From the IMG/VR virus record IMGVR_UViG_3300036766_000185, positions 32,182-96,181 of that record: a DNA stretch of 64,000 bases; one strand, written 5' to 3'. Position numbers and translations under genes: made by a program. Positions within the stretch are counted from its first letter, which is position 1, and each line of letters begins with the position of its first letter. This document shows, piece by piece, positions 31,097 to 41,135 of this stretch. Source of the stretch: a virus. The notes below the pieces were generated by a model, which did no database searches, was not told where the DNA came from, and worked only from the letters and a program-made list of their open reading frames with translations.

Positions 31097-33402
31097 GATA
31101 CCGTCACAGCATCCTTTATGGGATGTGCTATGCTGTGATACATTTGCATCTTCTCTTTGCTACATTCTACGAGCGTGTGAAACGAATCGTAAAAATCGTA
31201 ATACAGTCGTCCTCTAAAGGACGACGTACGATTTTTAGCACCAAAGTTAATCTCAACAATGGGCATCCACTCTCCGCTAGCTTGATTTATAACTTTCAGC
31301 TTAGCGGTTTCTACGCCTCTCGTATTCAGTTCATTGTACATCACACCGACCACATCCGCGTCGTATCCAAAGTCCGAACTTTCTTTAATGTCATCGATTG
31401 TGGGAAGTTTGTTGCTGTCGCGCTCAGGTCGACGCAATTCTACAGTAGCTAGAATCGGCACGTTATATATGTTTCTCCAGCGTTTGATAGCGTCAGAGAT
31501 CTGTATAGAGTCCTCTCGTCTGTTGTTGCTAAATTTCTGCGGCACTCGAATACGATGCAAACTGTCGATGATCACTACCAGTTGTTTCTCTCCAGCTATT
31601 TGCTTATACATACTGATGTATCGTTCAACATCAGTAATATCTCTGATACTAGTCTCATCCTTAATAGCGAATGAATTGGAAAGACTGTGTAAATATTTCA
31701 GAGCATCGTCGTACTTTGCTTTTAGACGTGCTCGTTCCTCCTCAGTGTAGGCCTCGTTTAGCTCAATGCGATACTTGGGATTTAGCATTGAGTTGATCTC
31801 TAGCCCACAACGCATGGCTAGCAGCCGAGCGATTACCCCATCTTCCGATTCATCAAGAGACAAGCATAGAATTGACGCCTTTTCAGGATTTGATTCGAGA
31901 ATATTCATCGCGAGATTTCGCACAAACGCACTCTTGCCCGTTCCCTGATAACCAGCAAAAAGATATACTTGATTCTGTAATCCGTCCATAACGTCTGTAA
32001 AAATTGGGTAACCGCAGGACAGTCCCAGTCGTAATCCGCGCATTTTAGCTTGCTGCTCAAAGCGCAGCAGCGACTGTCCTAACAGCGACTTCTCTTTAAT
32101 CATATCTGCTTCGACGATGAGAGTCGTATCACCTTCTCTAGCGATAATGTCGTCGAACGCCTCTGTAATCACCTCCAAGCGAACATCGAGTTCCTTAGCC
32201 ATACGCTTGCACATCTGCTCTTGATCGATTCTATCTCTCTCTAGCAAGATGGCACGGAGCGCTCGGTCACGATGTGCTTTGTCCTTTGATTCCTTAAACT
32301 TCTCCAAATAATGCTCAAACATCGACCGGCGGCCTGATGTTAGCAAGAAGTCGTGTTTATTTAAGCACTCATCAGCATCCTTACAGTCGTCGCGCACTTT
32401 CAAATATAATGATATGCCGTCGGACGACTTGACGCGCCGCATAATAACCTCTTCGCCAGCTTGCCCACTTGCGTCGTTGTCAAGACATAATTCAATGTCC
32501 TTCACGCCCTTTCGCAGAAGCGCCTTTATATGCTCGTCGGTGAAGTTTACCCCGCATAGGCCCACCACATTTTTAATTCCCTTTTTCCATAGAGTAACAA
32601 CGTCTGCAAATCCCTCCACTAAAATTACACTATTCTCGTTATTCTTGATCTGATTGAGATTATACAATACGTCTGACTTTTTATACACAGGAGTGTACGA
32701 GGAGTTAATATAAGATTCTACTCCCTGCTTTTCGGCCTCCACTCGATTCAATAGAGTACGACTAGCAAATCCAACCACGCGTCCATACACATCCTTAATT
32801 GGAAACAGCAATCGTCGATTAAGCAACTTTTCAGAGACTAGTCCTGCATCAACGAGCAATTCACTTTCATAGCCTCTTTTGGATAGCGCCTCGATAAGTT
32901 TCTCATACGAGCAATAACCCAATAAAAATTCGCCAGCAACACTATCCCAGCCACGCGCCCTAACGTACTCCATAGTCGTCTCTGATTTGCGCAGCCCCAG
33001 ATGAGCAAGTTCGGCTGCTGCTTTCAGAACTTCGTAGATTTTATTACGTCGCGCTTCTTCTGGACTTAAATCTTCATATTCGATCTGCACTTTAAGAAGC
33101 TCAGCCAGATACAGTAGCGTGTCTTGCACCCAGGTGGGACCGTCCTTTGGCTTGTCCTCTAAAAGTCGCGCTGCGTCGAAGATATCACCTTTTTCAAGAC
33201 AGGCATGACACTTAAATCGCGTATCGTCCGGGAAGAATCCGCAGCTAAAATTGATATCGTTGTTCGAGTGAAATACTCGATTGGGACACTGAAACATCTG
33301 TCCATTTGACGAGAACTGAGTCTGTTTAAGCTCTAGATATCGACCCAAGCCTTGTCTAACAACAGATTTCAGACCGTTCATGTCTTTTACTTTGCGCAGC
33401 AT
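31093..33402 (-). CDS. Primase-helicase fusion (DnaG-type primase plus DnaB-type helicase)
   Basis: Zinc finger, [34 protein letters not shown], Walker [29 protein letters not shown]. Confidence 0.92.
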   Translation of the reverse strand: MLRKVKDMNGLKSVVRQGLGRYLELKQTQFSSNGQMFQCPNRVFHSNNDINFSCGFFPDDTRFKCHACLEKGDIFDAARLLEDKPKDGPTWVQDTLLYLAELLKVQIEYEDLSPEEARRNKIYEVLKAAAELAHLGLRKSETTMEYVRARGWDSVAGEFLLGYCSYEKLIEALSKRGYESELLVDAGLVSEKLLNRRLLFPIKDVYGRVVGFASRTLLNRVEAEKQGVESYINSSYTPVYKKSDVLYNLNQIKNNENSVILVEGFADVVTLWKKGIKNVVGLCGVNFTDEHIKALLRKGVKDIELCLDNDASGQAGEEVIMRRVKSSDGISLYLKVRDDCKDADECLNKHDFLLTSGRRSMFEHYLEKFKESKDKAHRDRALRAILLERDRIDQEQMCKRMAKELDVRLEVITEAFDDIIAREGDTTLIVEADMIKEKSLLGQSLLRFEQQAKMRGLRLGLSCGYPIFTDVMDGLQNQVYLFAGYQGTGKSAFVRNLAMNILESNPEKASILCLSLDESEDGVIARLLAMRCGLEINSMLNPKYRIELNEAYTEEERARLKAKYDDALKYLHSLSNSFAIKDETSIRDITDVERYISMYKQIAGEKQLVVIIDSLHRIRVPQKFSNNRREDSIQISDAIKRWRNIYNVPILATVELRRPERDSNKLPTIDDIKESSDFGYDADVVGVMYNELNTRGVETAKLKVINQASGEWMPIVEINFGAKNRTSSFRGRLYYDFYDSFHTLVECSKEKMQMYHSIAHPIKDAVTVS

Positions 33403-33418
33403 TTTTTCTCCTATCTCT

Positions 33419-33448
33419 AGTATACACTACCTAAGATATCGGTGTCAA
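33419..33448 (-). promoter_or_regulatory. Sigma70-type promoter of the repeated family
   Basis: TTGACA-CCGATATCTTAGGTAGTG-TATACT upstream of the primase-helicase. Confidence 0.8.
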
Positions 33449-33453
33449 GATCT

Positions 33454-34248
33454 CTAGACCTTAGGCAAGAACCAGCCCATCGAAACTCCACTCGATTTCG
33501 AAGCATCCTCAGCAGCACATCGATCTTGAAAGCTACACAAATGACACTTCACATAAGTTGGGTCAAAGTTTTTGGCTTGAATCTTCATCCAATCCGCATC
33601 GATAGCCTCTATCAATTTTTTGTGATCAAGCTCAGTTCTCGAAGCCCACTCTACCATTTTGTGTCTAGGGTATAAAAATCCAATTTTGCTAGCTCTCAGA
33701 TTGAGCACTCTGAGTACCGCTAAATCGTATATTGTCACCTGATCGTTGGCGAGCAGTTCGGCTTCGGTGAGTTTGTACACTCCCGTTTTGAAGTCTATAA
33801 TCCAAATTTCTCCACCAACTTCAACGATTAGATCAACGATCCCTATCAAATCGTACGTTCTTCCTGATGCTGCTACTACAGAGACTGAAAATTTCCACTC
33901 AGTCTTAATTGGCGCTTTTAAGATGCCAACTTCACCAGCAAGCACGTGAAATTTTGACAGGATAGTTCTGCCCATGCTTACCCATCTTCTTTCTGATTCA
34001 GCGCTGGGAAATTGATATTTCTCTCGTTTTAAATACTCAGAGAAGCTAGCAGGCCAAAGATCAAGAATGAACGGAAGATCAAAGTTTTTTGCCAGATACA
34101 TCTTGTTTATTACTTTATGACAGGCTGACCCAACAATAGTAGAGATCATCTGTGGTCTATCAGGAGCAACACGATCCACATACTTATATCGATACTGACG
34201 AGGACACCATTCAAACGTAGACTTGCTTGAATAGCTGACTCTTTCCAT
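33454..34248 (-). CDS. PD-(D/E)XK Cas4/RecB-family exonuclease
   Basis: SYSS...CPRQY, GIVDL...IIDFKTG, Q..IY, C..C....C Fe-S-type cysteines. Confidence 0.85.
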   Translation of the reverse strand: MERVSYSSKSTFEWCPRQYRYKYVDRVAPDRPQMISTIVGSACHKVINKMYLAKNFDLPFILDLWPASFSEYLKREKYQFPSAESERRWVSMGRTILSKFHVLAGEVGILKAPIKTEWKFSVSVVAASGRTYDLIGIVDLIVEVGGEIWIIDFKTGVYKLTEAELLANDQVTIYDLAVLRVLNLRASKIGFLYPRHKMVEWASRTELDHKKLIEAIDADWMKIQAKNFDPTYVKCHLCSFQDRCAAEDASKSSGVSMGWFLPKV

Positions 34249-34793
34249 TATATGTCCGAGGCTAGCACTCTAAGACGACTATACAAAGTTCTCAGAATCG
34301 GATATCTGCGTAATTTCTCAACCAGCACCGATACTCTAGTTTTACTGATGTGCAGCCTCTTAGCGATTTCTGTAAGAGAAGTCCCACAGCACAGTTGATC
34401 AAAAATCACGATGTATTTGCTAGCGATATGCTCATCATTGAGAGACGCAACAATTTGCTTTCTAAGAATCGCTCTAATCTTTAACAGCATCTTCTTGTAA
34501 TCGTCTTTCTCGGTATTTAATTCTCTAAAGTTCATTGAACAAATCAACTGAGGAGCCATGAAAATCTTTTTATTTTGCTGCTCGTCTTCTATCATATTAG
34601 CGTCTAGACTCACACACCCAGACATGGCCCTCTGAACGGCTGCTTTATTGATATTAGTAAGTTGAGGAACGTGTACAGACGCTCCAGATTGCGATATGCC
34701 ACGACCCCAACTTCTCCCGTCGCGAGACTGAGCATCCTCGCGCAATTTTCGCAGCAATCTATCGTATCCGTCAGGATGTATGGTCATTTTCAA
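34248..34793 (-). CDS. Sigma region 4-like HTH protein
   Basis: C-terminal SLTEIAKRLHISKTRVSVLVEKLR. Confidence 0.6.
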   Translation of the reverse strand: MKMTIHPDGYDRLLRKLREDAQSRDGRSWGRGISQSGASVHVPQLTNINKAAVQRAMSGCVSLDANMIEDEQQNKKIFMAPQLICSMNFRELNTEKDDYKKMLLKIRAILRKQIVASLNDEHIASKYIVIFDQLCCGTSLTEIAKRLHISKTRVSVLVEKLRRYPILRTLYSRLRVLASDI

Positions 34794-35506
34794 AACGGGA
34801 TTTGTACTCTTACTCCGCCCTCCTGCTCTCGCTGATTAGCATAGCCATAGAACAAGATTCGCCTTCTTGGAGAAGCATGAGCGTATTTTTCCTTCATCTG
34901 TCTATTAAGAATGTCAATATATCGCTCATTTAACACTATGAGATTGCTCCTTGAGGTGGTTTCGTAAGATTTTCCAATAGATAAAGCCGCACAGGAGCTT
35001 GCACTCAGACTAAGAGCAATTAGCAAACAGAGTCTATTCATTTTTATCTCCGAGAGCCAGATCAATTAAAACATCGTTTATATCATTTCTATCGATTGAC
35101 TGACGATTCTTATCCATAGTGTGCACGATAGACTCTTCTAGCTCTGCACAGTTAGCAACTTCTTCAACTCTATAGCATTCGCTCAGTTTCCCGCTATATT
35201 CTTTTGCTCTTAAGGGAGTCAGCCATTCCATAGCAGTCTTCCCTTGTAACGGGCCTCTCGCTACAGTAACTCTATATAATCTCTGATGTGATACCGTCTT
35301 TGTTTTCATCTGCATCGCCAATCACATGGTGGAAAGCACTTTTTCCCGCAGTAGACACATGAGCAAGAGATTATGTCCGACATTTCGTTTTAGTCTGTCG
35401 TCTAAATAGTCGATCACATCTAAGACACACCGATATCTTCCAGCCACACAGCGTCATAGGACCGCACATAAGCTCATTGTGCTTGCAAAATGTCTTTCTG
35501 AACCAG

Positions 35507-35839
35507 TTAACAATTTTTCGTCTCATCTTCAAAGTTCCTGCTAAACAAGCGTCTAGCTTCCAGCCAGTCCTTAACTCGTGAATCGTCCATTTCGAAATCT
35601 TCACCATGTTTAAGAGTCGCAATAATTTCTCGCTTAAACTCGTCATACCATGCTAGGGCTTCGTCTACAGATGCTCCAAAATGTAGCAGTAGAGCAAGAG
35701 CAAGCTGCGACGGTCCACTTCCCAAATAGCCCCATTGAAAACCCGTGGGAGAATGATCTACCACTTTGCGACTAGCCTCCAAATCTAAGGGCTTGCCGTC
35801 TACGTAAACCATGTTTTCTTGGGTGATTCCCGTAATCAT
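35507..35839 (-). CDS. DUF6166-like protein
   Basis: HSPTGFQWGYLGSGPSQLALALL motif. Confidence 0.7.
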   Translation of the reverse strand: MITGITQENMVYVDGKPLDLEASRKVVDHSPTGFQWGYLGSGPSQLALALLLHFGASVDEALAWYDEFKREIIATLKHGEDFEMDDSRVKDWLEARRLFSRNFEDETKNC

Positions 35840-36912
35840 TCTATTCTCCTCACCCAGTTCTGAAAGCCTGTTGATACGTACACGATTGGAGTTGCTACGT
35901 CCTTTTCCAACTTAGCGATCTGCTCTTCTGCTGCGGCGTCCAAAATCTGACTATTATGCAAGTCAGGTCTTAAGTAATCAAAGAAACTGAGAGCGATAGC
36001 ATCTGGCTCGCAGGCCTCGACCATCGCCTCTACTAGTTCTGGATTCCACTTTGCGATTCTGCGAATACGCTTGGTCACCGTAGTTCTCTCTGGCTGTATG
36101 TACCCGCCAGTTTGCGCAGCCAATTCGTCCCAAGTAACTTCTTCTCCCATGTACCCTGAGGGGCCAGCAACGCGAATTGGAAATGTTCGCATCACAGCTA
36201 TAGTAACGTAGTTCACATTGTTTGTCAATCCAACATCGTTCAACACCTGAGGAGGAGTAATATCTCTACTTGTGGCCGTTGGGTAAAATGGCCCATTGAG
36301 GCTTAGACCCCAGCCCTGTGTACTCTCCACGACAATTGCCGTGTTTCTATCTCGATATTGCTTTCGAAGCTCTTTGCCTACATCTCCGATGTACGACTGC
36401 AAAATCTCAACATTCTTAGCAACCGTAGCGCGGCGCATAACTTTGTCAGCTTGAGCCGCTCCAACTCCTTCTCCGGTGCTACCAATGCCTTTAACTAGAT
36501 CGTGCTCTGCTTCTCGGTGTTTTTCTTCGACTATTGTAACATGACGATCAATCATCAGGTGCTCTTGACAATAGTTAGCGCCCATGTGTGCGTCTACTAG
36601 ATCTATCTCTCTGTGTAGAACTTCAAGATCAATCAGCGCACCAGGTCCGATGTAAAGCTTAGCTTTGTCGTTGAACCACCCACACGGAATCTGACGCATA
36701 GCATAGACTCGTCCATCAACTATAATCGAATGTCCAGCTTGCGGCCCGCCAGACCGTACAACGGATAGATTCTGAAGCCCCGTTGCAGCGTTAATGTTCA
36801 CTCTGTTCTTAGGGTCTACGAGCCAAGCGATATAAGCCCCCTTACCTTCGCTTCCGAAGGCTCCGCCAATCACTATCCACACCGAACTCTCATAGAGCGA
36901 TGCACGTCTCAT
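35836..36912 (-). CDS. purZ: PurZ/PurZ0-like adenylosuccinate-synthetase homolog (putative 2-aminoadenine pathway)
   Basis: GGAFGSEGKG (Ser where PurA has catalytic Asp in GDEGKG), AGH, IGSTGEGVG, ESTQG, RTFPIRVAGPSG, ERTTVTKRIRR, SFFDY; short archaeal/PurZ-type length. Confidence 0.8.
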   Translation of the reverse strand: MRRASLYESSVWIVIGGAFGSEGKGAYIAWLVDPKNRVNINAATGLQNLSVVRSGGPQAGHSIIVDGRVYAMRQIPCGWFNDKAKLYIGPGALIDLEVLHREIDLVDAHMGANYCQEHLMIDRHVTIVEEKHREAEHDLVKGIGSTGEGVGAAQADKVMRRATVAKNVEILQSYIGDVGKELRKQYRDRNTAIVVESTQGWGLSLNGPFYPTATSRDITPPQVLNDVGLTNNVNYVTIAVMRTFPIRVAGPSGYMGEEVTWDELAAQTGGYIQPERTTVTKRIRRIAKWNPELVEAMVEACEPDAIALSFFDYLRPDLHNSQILDAAAEEQIAKLEKDVATPIVYVSTGFQNWVRRIE

Positions 36913-38447
36913 TTTTCCTCCTGTTTTGCTTCCACTGTCTGTTTTGATTCTTCTATCTGTCTAAGAATGTTTATGTCATTAAAATATATGTAATACGCTA
37001 AGTCAGAGCGCTTGATCTTCTTAATCGTTTCTGCCAGGAACTGCAAGTCAGACTTCGAATAAGTTTCAAGTTGCAGCACAGTCTGAATCAGTTCTTTTGT
37101 TGCTTGTCTACCCTTGGCATCGCCCGTGCTATGCAGGGCTGAGACTCGACTATACTCTCGCATTAAGAGATTCACCAGCGGAGATAGCTGCGCTGCAGTT
37201 AGAATTTCTAGCTTCGTCAGATTATAGCGCGTAGACGTGATCAACTCTACATCGAAATGTAGCGCTCGCAATAGCTCCATAATTGCCCGATAGCGAGCAG
37301 CAGTATACGTCTTACGCATGATCATGACTCTTTGCATTCCCGCTCTCTCAAAGAAAGGATTGTATCGTGCCATCACGGCCATGGTCTCAACAACCGACTT
37401 TGCGTAGGGAGAGTTTAGATAGTTACGCACGATTTCTGCTCCTAATCCTATCCCCCTAAACTTTGGCGTAATAACCACGCGAGAGATCACCTCTACCTCC
37501 TCGTTTAGCTGTTTATAATTTCTCACATATCGCTTGTTGGTAATAAAGTTGCGCTCCTGACTTTCAAGCATCGGATAACGAGTAATCAGCGCTCCGATTA
37601 CAATCCCGTTTAGCTTAGCTGAGTACACACTTCGTAAAGCGACGGGAGCTTTCTCATTTTTATAGTGAAACGCAGCCAACCCTGACTGTTCATAGTCGTT
37701 GTACGTCCCTAGCTCATACTTAATGTCGTCTAGCATTGAAAACTTGCGTGAAGTTATTGTTCTGTGCTCGACGGTTCCGCTTGCTCCGTAGCTTTTCTGC
37801 ACCAGTACATCGGGATTCAAATCTGCTTCTAAGTCAGTATGCGTCGTCGCTACGATTAATGTTACTCCAAGTTTTCTAGCTAGTTTCTGTATACTGTAGG
37901 CGATCACTTTCGCCGTTTCACGATCAAGAGTAGCACAGAACTCATCTATCATCCATACCTTTAAATTTGTGTCGATCATTCTTGCTATTCTGTAGCGATA
38001 GGCTTGTCCATCACTAAGCTGCGAATATTGTCGTAACATCAAGAAAGCGTCTCCAAGACCGGCACGTGCTAGAATTTCTAATGCTTCTTCAACAGTCCTT
38101 CCCACGCTGTCTATTAGGACGTCGCTACCATCTATCATGAGCGTATTTAGAGATATAACTCCGTAATCTTGACTGATTTTCTTATACAAGTGTCTCAGCA
38201 ACGCAGATTTACCTCCGCCGCTATCACCAGTAATATACACCACATCTCCAGTATTGATTGTTAAAGGCTGACGATCGTACACCACGAATTCCTTCTCTTC
38301 ATCAATTCCTAAGCCAAATGCCTCTGCAACGACCACCGTACGATCAGTAATCGCAGCACTCGTCTTGAAAGAGACGCTAATCAGACCATCGAACAGTGGC
38401 ATTTTGTCCATTTTACCAGTTTGCGGGCGCGTGTCCCCACAGTTCAA
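36909..38447 (-). CDS. ABC-type ATPase fused to a GNAT (Mom-like) acyltransferase, COG2401-like; probable start about 38411
   Basis: GDSGGGKS, LSDGQ, IDEF, VATTH; then FHY...ISRVVITPKFRGIGLG...YNPFFERAGM (acyl-CoA-binding motif A). Confidence 0.85.
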   Translation of the reverse strand: MNCGDTRPQTGKMDKMPLFDGLISVSFKTSAAITDRTVVVAEAFGLGIDEEKEFVVYDRQPLTINTGDVVYITGDSGGGKSALLRHLYKKISQDYGVISLNTLMIDGSDVLIDSVGRTVEEALEILARAGLGDAFLMLRQYSQLSDGQAYRYRIARMIDTNLKVWMIDEFCATLDRETAKVIAYSIQKLARKLGVTLIVATTHTDLEADLNPDVLVQKSYGASGTVEHRTITSRKFSMLDDIKYELGTYNDYEQSGLAAFHYKNEKAPVALRSVYSAKLNGIVIGALITRYPMLESQERNFITNKRYVRNYKQLNEEVEVISRVVITPKFRGIGLGAEIVRNYLNSPYAKSVVETMAVMARYNPFFERAGMQRVMIMRKTYTAARYRAIMELLRALHFDVELITSTRYNLTKLEILTAAQLSPLVNLLMREYSRVSALHSTGDAKGRQATKELIQTVLQLETYSKSDLQFLAETIKKIKRSDLAYYIYFNDINILRQIEESKQTVEAKQEEK

Positions 38448-38985
38448 AGGGAGCGTACGCTTTGTACCCTGTTTTTGTCTTTTTCAGCGCGACATACGCT
38501 TCGTTCATCAAGTCTTCGTGCTTAATGTCGGCGTTGAAGAGTAGTTCAGCCGCTTTCTCAGAGGGCACAAGATAGTAGAAATTCCCTCTCTTGAGAACAT
38601 CAACGTCGCCCTTAAACACTCCTACAATCTCAGTTTTCATCTATCTCCTTGATCACTACTTTATGGGTTCGATTCTCCAGCGGGCTAGCCCCATCTTCAT
38701 CGATACCCAAAGACTTCGCCAGTTGATAGGCTTCTCTAAAAGCTTGAGACTGACCCTCGCAGGTCGTAACTGAGTGCACGTCTCCCAATTCGAATCCTAT
38801 GACAGCATACATTATTTCTTAGCCTCCAGCTTCTTTTTCAGACACGCATGACACAGCATTCGATCCTGTAGTTCCTTTTGTTCTTTATCTGTCAAAGGGC
38901 GTTCACTAGTAAGTACAACTACTAATTCGCAGTCGTTGCATCTAAGATCGCACGTGTGATTGTACATTTTTTTGCCTCTAGTACA

Positions 38986-39014
38986 AGTATATCACACCGT
39001 TGTCTTTTTGTCAA
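38986..39014 (-). promoter_or_regulatory. Sigma70-type promoter driving the ABC-GNAT/PurZ0 unit
   Basis: TTGACA-N17-TATACT with CGGTGTGA before the -10. Confidence 0.75.
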
Positions 39015-39438
39015 GTCTCTTCTTGTTTTTGAACTTTGCAAGCTTGTCTTTAACTCGACTTTTAGCTAACTCCTGCAACTCGTTCAGTCGTTCTACTTTA
39101 ACAGCGTACATAGTCTCGACGACTTCATTTTTAGGAACGTTAGATGCAATATCAGTTGCTAGATTGATCGCTTCATCTAATTCAGATGCTTTCAAAGCGT
39201 TAAATCCTCGTATTCCTAGCTCTTTCGCTGCTTGCTTTCGCGCCTTTGCAAGTCCAACGGTACTCACGCTATCGCCCAGCTTTCGTATGGCCTCAGAACG
39301 ACTTCCCACATAAAACTCTTCGTGAAGTTTATGAATAGATGCGTTAGCGGCTGACTTATGACCCTGACAATCTTTGACCTTACATTGTGCAGGGCCGATG
39401 AAATGCCCGAACTTGGGGTCTTTCTGTGTTTCGCTCAT
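38992..39438 (-). CDS. Hypothetical protein (likely start MSETQKD)
   Basis: AAGGAG RBS before the ATG at 39438, which overlaps the upstream stop. Confidence 0.55.
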   Translation of the reverse strand: MSETQKDPKFGHFIGPAQCKVKDCQGHKSAANASIHKLHEEFYVGSRSEAIRKLGDSVSTVGLAKARKQAAKELGIRGFNALKASELDEAINLATDIASNVPKNEVVETMYAVKVERLNELQELAKSRVKDKLAKFKNKKRLDKKTTV

Positions 39439-39698
39439 TTCACGCTCCTTTCGAGCACGATGAACGACGCGATGTGCTTGCATATTCTCCGAGTCAATAC
39501 GTTCTGATCACATCCGCAGCGATACGAGTATCGTCCTTTCCCTGTCTGATACTTAGCGATTCTGTAGATTCGTCCGTCTTTGCTCGACAGAGCAGCACCA
39601 TGCGCGACTACCCCATAGAGGATCTTTGCTGGCTTCTTGATTGCAACTTGCACCCCAAGCACATCAGCCACTCGATCCCAATCTTTTCCAGCGATCAT
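39435..39698 (-). CDS. SWIM zinc-finger protein
   Basis: YRCGC...ICKHI pattern. Confidence 0.7.
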   Translation of the reverse strand: MIAGKDWDRVADVLGVQVAIKKPAKILYGVVAHGAALSSKDGRIYRIAKYQTGKGRYSYRCGCDQNVLTRRICKHIASFIVLERSVK

Positions 39699-39901
39699 AT
39701 CTGCCTCCTGACTTCTTTCATGACACGCTCGTAGAGTTTTTCTGTGCCTGCCTCGGTCAAAGTCAATTCTAGCTCCGTAGCGATCTCAGGCAGCACATCA
39801 GAAAGTTCATCGTGCAACCTATCAAGCAACGCTCCTGCAATCTCTTTGATGTACGCTCGACTAGACTGTACGGTTGTCATGACGCTCTCCTTTCTACTAC
39901 A

Positions 39902-39931
39902 AGTATACACTACCTAAGATATCGACGTCTA
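39902..39931 (-). promoter_or_regulatory. Variant promoter of the repeated family (-35 TAGACG)
   Basis: Shares the spacer GATATCTTAGGTAGTG-TATACT with the copy at 33419. Confidence 0.65.
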
Positions 39932-39947
39932 GATAGACGTACGTCTA

Positions 39948-40955
39948 CTATTTCACTCTCCAGCATCTGAGTTGCAGGTTCGCATTGACTCCTAAACCCT
40001 CGATAGCTTTCATATAATCAGCGTTATGCTGCACGGTTGCGCTTCCCTGTACTACCGCTGCATTTGCCCAAACTCCCCCTGTTACGATAAGAGAGTTTCC
40101 TCCACCATTAATCTTAAACGTTCCGGTCGTGTAGATTGCTCCATTAATTATCCCATTCCCGTTGACTGTTGTGTCCATTGTGTTGGCGTCTGCTGTCTCT
40201 ACATTTCCCACTACGACAATGAACCCTGCGATCGTTCCTATGTTTCCGTTCAAAATCAAGTCTCCATCAATATACACAACGTTGGGTACGCCCGTTGCTG
40301 AGTTACTAGGGTCTGTCGGAGAGGTGTACCAAAAAGACGATGGGAATCCAATTGATTGCACGTTGCCACCCAAGTGCACGTTGTTTTGAGACTGAGCTAT
40401 TTCGTATAGTCTGTTGTAGTCAAGTCCTGGGAGAGGATTGGCATCCGGGCTAGAAATCACGTTTCCACTTACATTTTGCGTATTTGAGACTCTCTGCTCT
40501 GCCGTAAATACATCACCAGTTACTGCGTACGAATTCCCGGTCAGATCGACGTTGTTCGCTCCCCAAATCGCGTAGTTATAAAACCCGTTTTGAGGAGTGC
40601 GAACTAGCGTTACCTCTAACTTTTTAACAATGCTGTTCACTGTGCCAATAGTTGAGATTGTTCTAACAGACGATGTTGGACAATCAATCGAATACTGATA
40701 AGATGATGTGATCGCTATGTTCTTTGTGGTAGAGGTCCCGCACAGCGACCAGTATTTGCTCTTGTCTTTTAGCGCTAAGATTGCTTCGTCTACTCCTGCC
40801 TCAGCCAACTGAAAAGACTTAACGCTAGAAATGTGTATCAACGCTATAGTGTTTTCGTTCGCGCTACGCACCAGCCCAGCAGCGATAAGAGTGCTGGCCA
40901 TCGCAACCACAAAAAGCGCTGTTATAAGCACAATTCCCTGTTGATTCTTACGCAT
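39948..40955 (-). CDS. PilX-like type IV minor pilin
   Basis: Basic leader MRKNQQG|IVLITALFVVAMASTLIAAGL, then SFQLAEAGVDEAI; Gly/Asn-rich beta-strand C-terminal domain. Confidence 0.75.
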   Translation of the reverse strand: MRKNQQGIVLITALFVVAMASTLIAAGLVRSANENTIALIHISSVKSFQLAEAGVDEAILALKDKSKYWSLCGTSTTKNIAITSSYQYSIDCPTSSVRTISTIGTVNSIVKKLEVTLVRTPQNGFYNYAIWGANNVDLTGNSYAVTGDVFTAEQRVSNTQNVSGNVISSPDANPLPGLDYNRLYEIAQSQNNVHLGGNVQSIGFPSSFWYTSPTDPSNSATGVPNVVYIDGDLILNGNIGTIAGFIVVVGNVETADANTMDTTVNGNGIINGAIYTTGTFKINGGGNSLIVTGGVWANAAVVQGSATVQHNADYMKAIEGLGVNANLQLRCWRVK

Positions 40956-41135
40956 TTTCTCCTCCCTCTCGTATCTCTGCTAAAATCTGGGAATATGCCT
41001 TCTCCAGAACTGACACGATAGAGATATTGCGCTTGTAGAGTTCTTTCCCGCGCTCTAACGCTCCTTCGATTCCGTAATCTGGAATTAAGCTTCGCAACCC
41101 TTCTTTTGCCATCTCGACTATCATTTGATCAGACT

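Noticed and set aside
33454-34248. Cas4-like gene as evidence for a CRISPR-Cas system
   Set aside because: Solo Cas4/RecB-family nucleases are common in phage replication modules; no other cas genes or array are present
35836-36912. Annotation as ordinary purA (auxiliary metabolic gene)
   Set aside because: The catalytic Asp of GDEGKG is Ser and the NKxD-type loop is replaced by SFFD, both features of the PurZ lineage
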